Origin: Fidelibacterota bacterium
GTDB taxonomy: Bacteria > Fidelibacterota > Marinisomatia > SCGC-AAA003-L08 > JACNLC01
Direction: 5' to 3'
Length of the DNA stretch: 64,000 bases
Assembly: GCA_024277615.1 (NCBI GenBank)
Contig: JAJRUW010000075.1
Location: 11,012 to 75,011 of the forward strand
In this document: positions 62,797-64,000 of the stretch, piece by piece
Layout of the letters: each line of letters opens with the position of its first letter
How positions within the stretch are numbered: the first letter of the stretch is position 1
Program-made: the position numbers and the translations under genes
Notes under the pieces: generated by a model
Database searches by the model: none
The model's input: only the letters and a program-made list of their open reading frames with translations
What the model was told of the DNA's origin: nothing

Positions 62797-64000
62797 TGAA
62801 TACTGTAAATCCTGGTTTCGTAAGCTTGCAGTGTTACCGTCAGGCGATTACCAACCGGAATGATCATGCCTCGGTCCAGCAGGGATTTTCCCTGTGTGAA
62901 AGTGAAATAGTCATCCAGGGGCACCGTGAAAGATTTTAGCCTTGCAGAGTTATTAAAAAGCAGGATCAACCGTTCGTCAAAGTATTGTTTAAGCCATACG
63001 GCCCCCTGCTCATCGTGATATAAAACCCTGAGGTCACCCAGTGCCAGTGCAGGCTGCTGCCGGCGCAGATGAAGCAGTGTGCTCATTTTCAATTTAAGCG
63101 CCTGTTCTTCCACTGTGAGCGCAGCATCAAAGCGCATCATGCGGCGGTTATCAGGATCATTGGCACCGATCTGCCCAAACTCTTCACCATAGTAAATGAC
63201 GGGCACTCCGGGAAGTGAGAGATTCACAGCAGTAAACATGAAGAGTTTGTCATAACTCTCGGGATGCAATACTACCTCGGGGGGACTGGAAAAAGCTCTT
63301 TCGGTGCCGTTTTCATCGAAGGCCATCTGACCATCGGCAAAACCCATAAACCGCACCTGATCATGACTGCTGGTGAGCGTTCCCATTAAATTCACGGGCT
63401 GGAAATAATCAAGATTTCCTACTACTGTACGATCAAAATCTCTGAAGTCCTGATCGTCTCCGGCAAATTCCCGGCGACCTGCAAAATAAATCTCAAAATT
63501 GAATTGACTGTCAAGTTCTCCCGGATTTACATAGGCATTGATGAGGGCATTGCTGCCGTAGGATTCTCCAATCTGAAAATAAGTTCTGTCCGGTAACTCC
63601 GATAGTAGTTTGTGTCTTAAGGTTTTCCAAAATTCATGGGGAATGTGTTTTGTTGCATCCTGTCGAAAGCCGTCAAAGTCATATTCCCGCAGCCATAATA
63701 CGGCGTCATCAGTTACGGTCTGTACAGCCGCTGAATTGGAATAGTCGAAAGATGGCAGGAATTTATCGAACCAGGTTGTGAGCATGGTCTCTCCCGACCA
63801 GTTGCGCAGGTTTAAAGTTCCGTCCGGCATTTCCAGTTTCCCGAACCAATCACGATGTTCTTTGTAATAGGGATGCTCTTCGTGAACATGATTTGCCACA
63901 AAATCCAGCAGCATAGAGATCTGCCGCTCATGGGCACTTTTGGTAAGTTGTTTTAGTTCGGAGGCTGTCCCGAAACGGGCATCGACGGAGCGGGGTTTGA
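62793..64000 (-). CDS. GH13 alpha-amylase-family enzyme (N-terminus beyond the window end)
   Basis: The frame stays open to position 64000 (..SVDARFGTASELKQLTKSAHERQISMLLDFVANHV). Catalytic regions DGFRQDATKH, QIGESYG and TSSHDQ. Confidence 0.85.
   Translation of the reverse strand, partial: KPRSVDARFGTASELKQLTKSAHERQISMLLDFVANHVHEEHPYYKEHRDWFGKLEMPDGTLNLRNWSGETMLTTWFDKFLPSFDYSNSAAVQTVTDDAVLWLREYDFDGFRQDATKHIPHEFWKTLRHKLLSELPDRTYFQIGESYGSNALINAYVNPGELDSQFNFEIYFAGRREFAGDDQDFRDFDRTVVGNLDYFQPVNLMGTLTSSHDQVRFMGFADGQMAFDENGTERAFSSPPEVVLHPESYDKLFMFTAVNLSLPGVPVIYYGEEFGQIGANDPDNRRMMRFDAALTVEEQALKLKMSTLLHLRRQQPALALGDLRVLYHDEQGAVWLKQYFDERLILLFNNSARLKSFTVPLDDYFTFTQGKSLLDRGMIIPVGNRLTVTLQAYETRIYSIQ

Overview
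This 64-kb window comes from a Gram-negative bacterium of the FCB-superphylum type. Supporting signs are several T9SS-type C-terminal sorting domains (NPFNP..T.I.Y.LP ... K-terminal), TonB-dependent receptors and Shine-Dalgarno-led genes. The phylum cannot be assigned from the sequence alone. All family calls rest on motif recognition in the supplied translations; no database search was run.

Layout:
1. 1-6.4 kb, + strand: housekeeping operon thrS'-infC-rpmI-rplT-pheS-pheT-zapA-folD, then tRNA-Arg(CCG).
2. 6.7-12.7 kb, + strand: a cupin gene, a decayed TonB-dependent receptor, and a thiol-redox cluster (peroxiredoxin-like, FAD oxidoreductase, DUF547, thioredoxin-like).
3. 12.7-24.9 kb, - strand: an operon of three large surface proteins. 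These are a tail-fibre-like protein with a Peptidase_S74 chaperone domain, a 2352-aa LamG protein and a 1163-aa Cys-rich/dockerin protein; the last two carry T9SS sorting domains.
4. 25.3-31.3 kb: mltF, a fused msrB-msrA, tRNA-Pro(CGG), leuS and cutA.
5. 31.5-64 kb, - strand: 17 tightly packed co-directional genes forming an alpha-glucan (starch/maltodextrin) utilisation supercluster. It combines three GH13 enzymes, GH57, a GT35 phosphorylase, a ROK kinase and a CUT1-type ABC importer with a binding-protein/permease fusion. It also holds a TonB-dependent receptor, a 1221-aa secreted protein, a PorV/PorQ-like barrel and several dockerin-bearing proteins. No SusD-like gene is present.

Main leads:
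- The SusD-less receptor / giant protein / PorV-like triad.
- Dockerin modules on starch-active T9SS-era proteins with no visible cohesin.
- An NGxWDxGEPFxD repeat inserted both in the receptor and in the MalG-like permease.
- An unknown ~110-aa module shared by the two giant adhesins.

At least six genes carry disabling lesions: five in-frame stops using all three stop codons, and three -1 frameshifts in homopolymer runs. These may be real decay or sequence error and need read-level checking.
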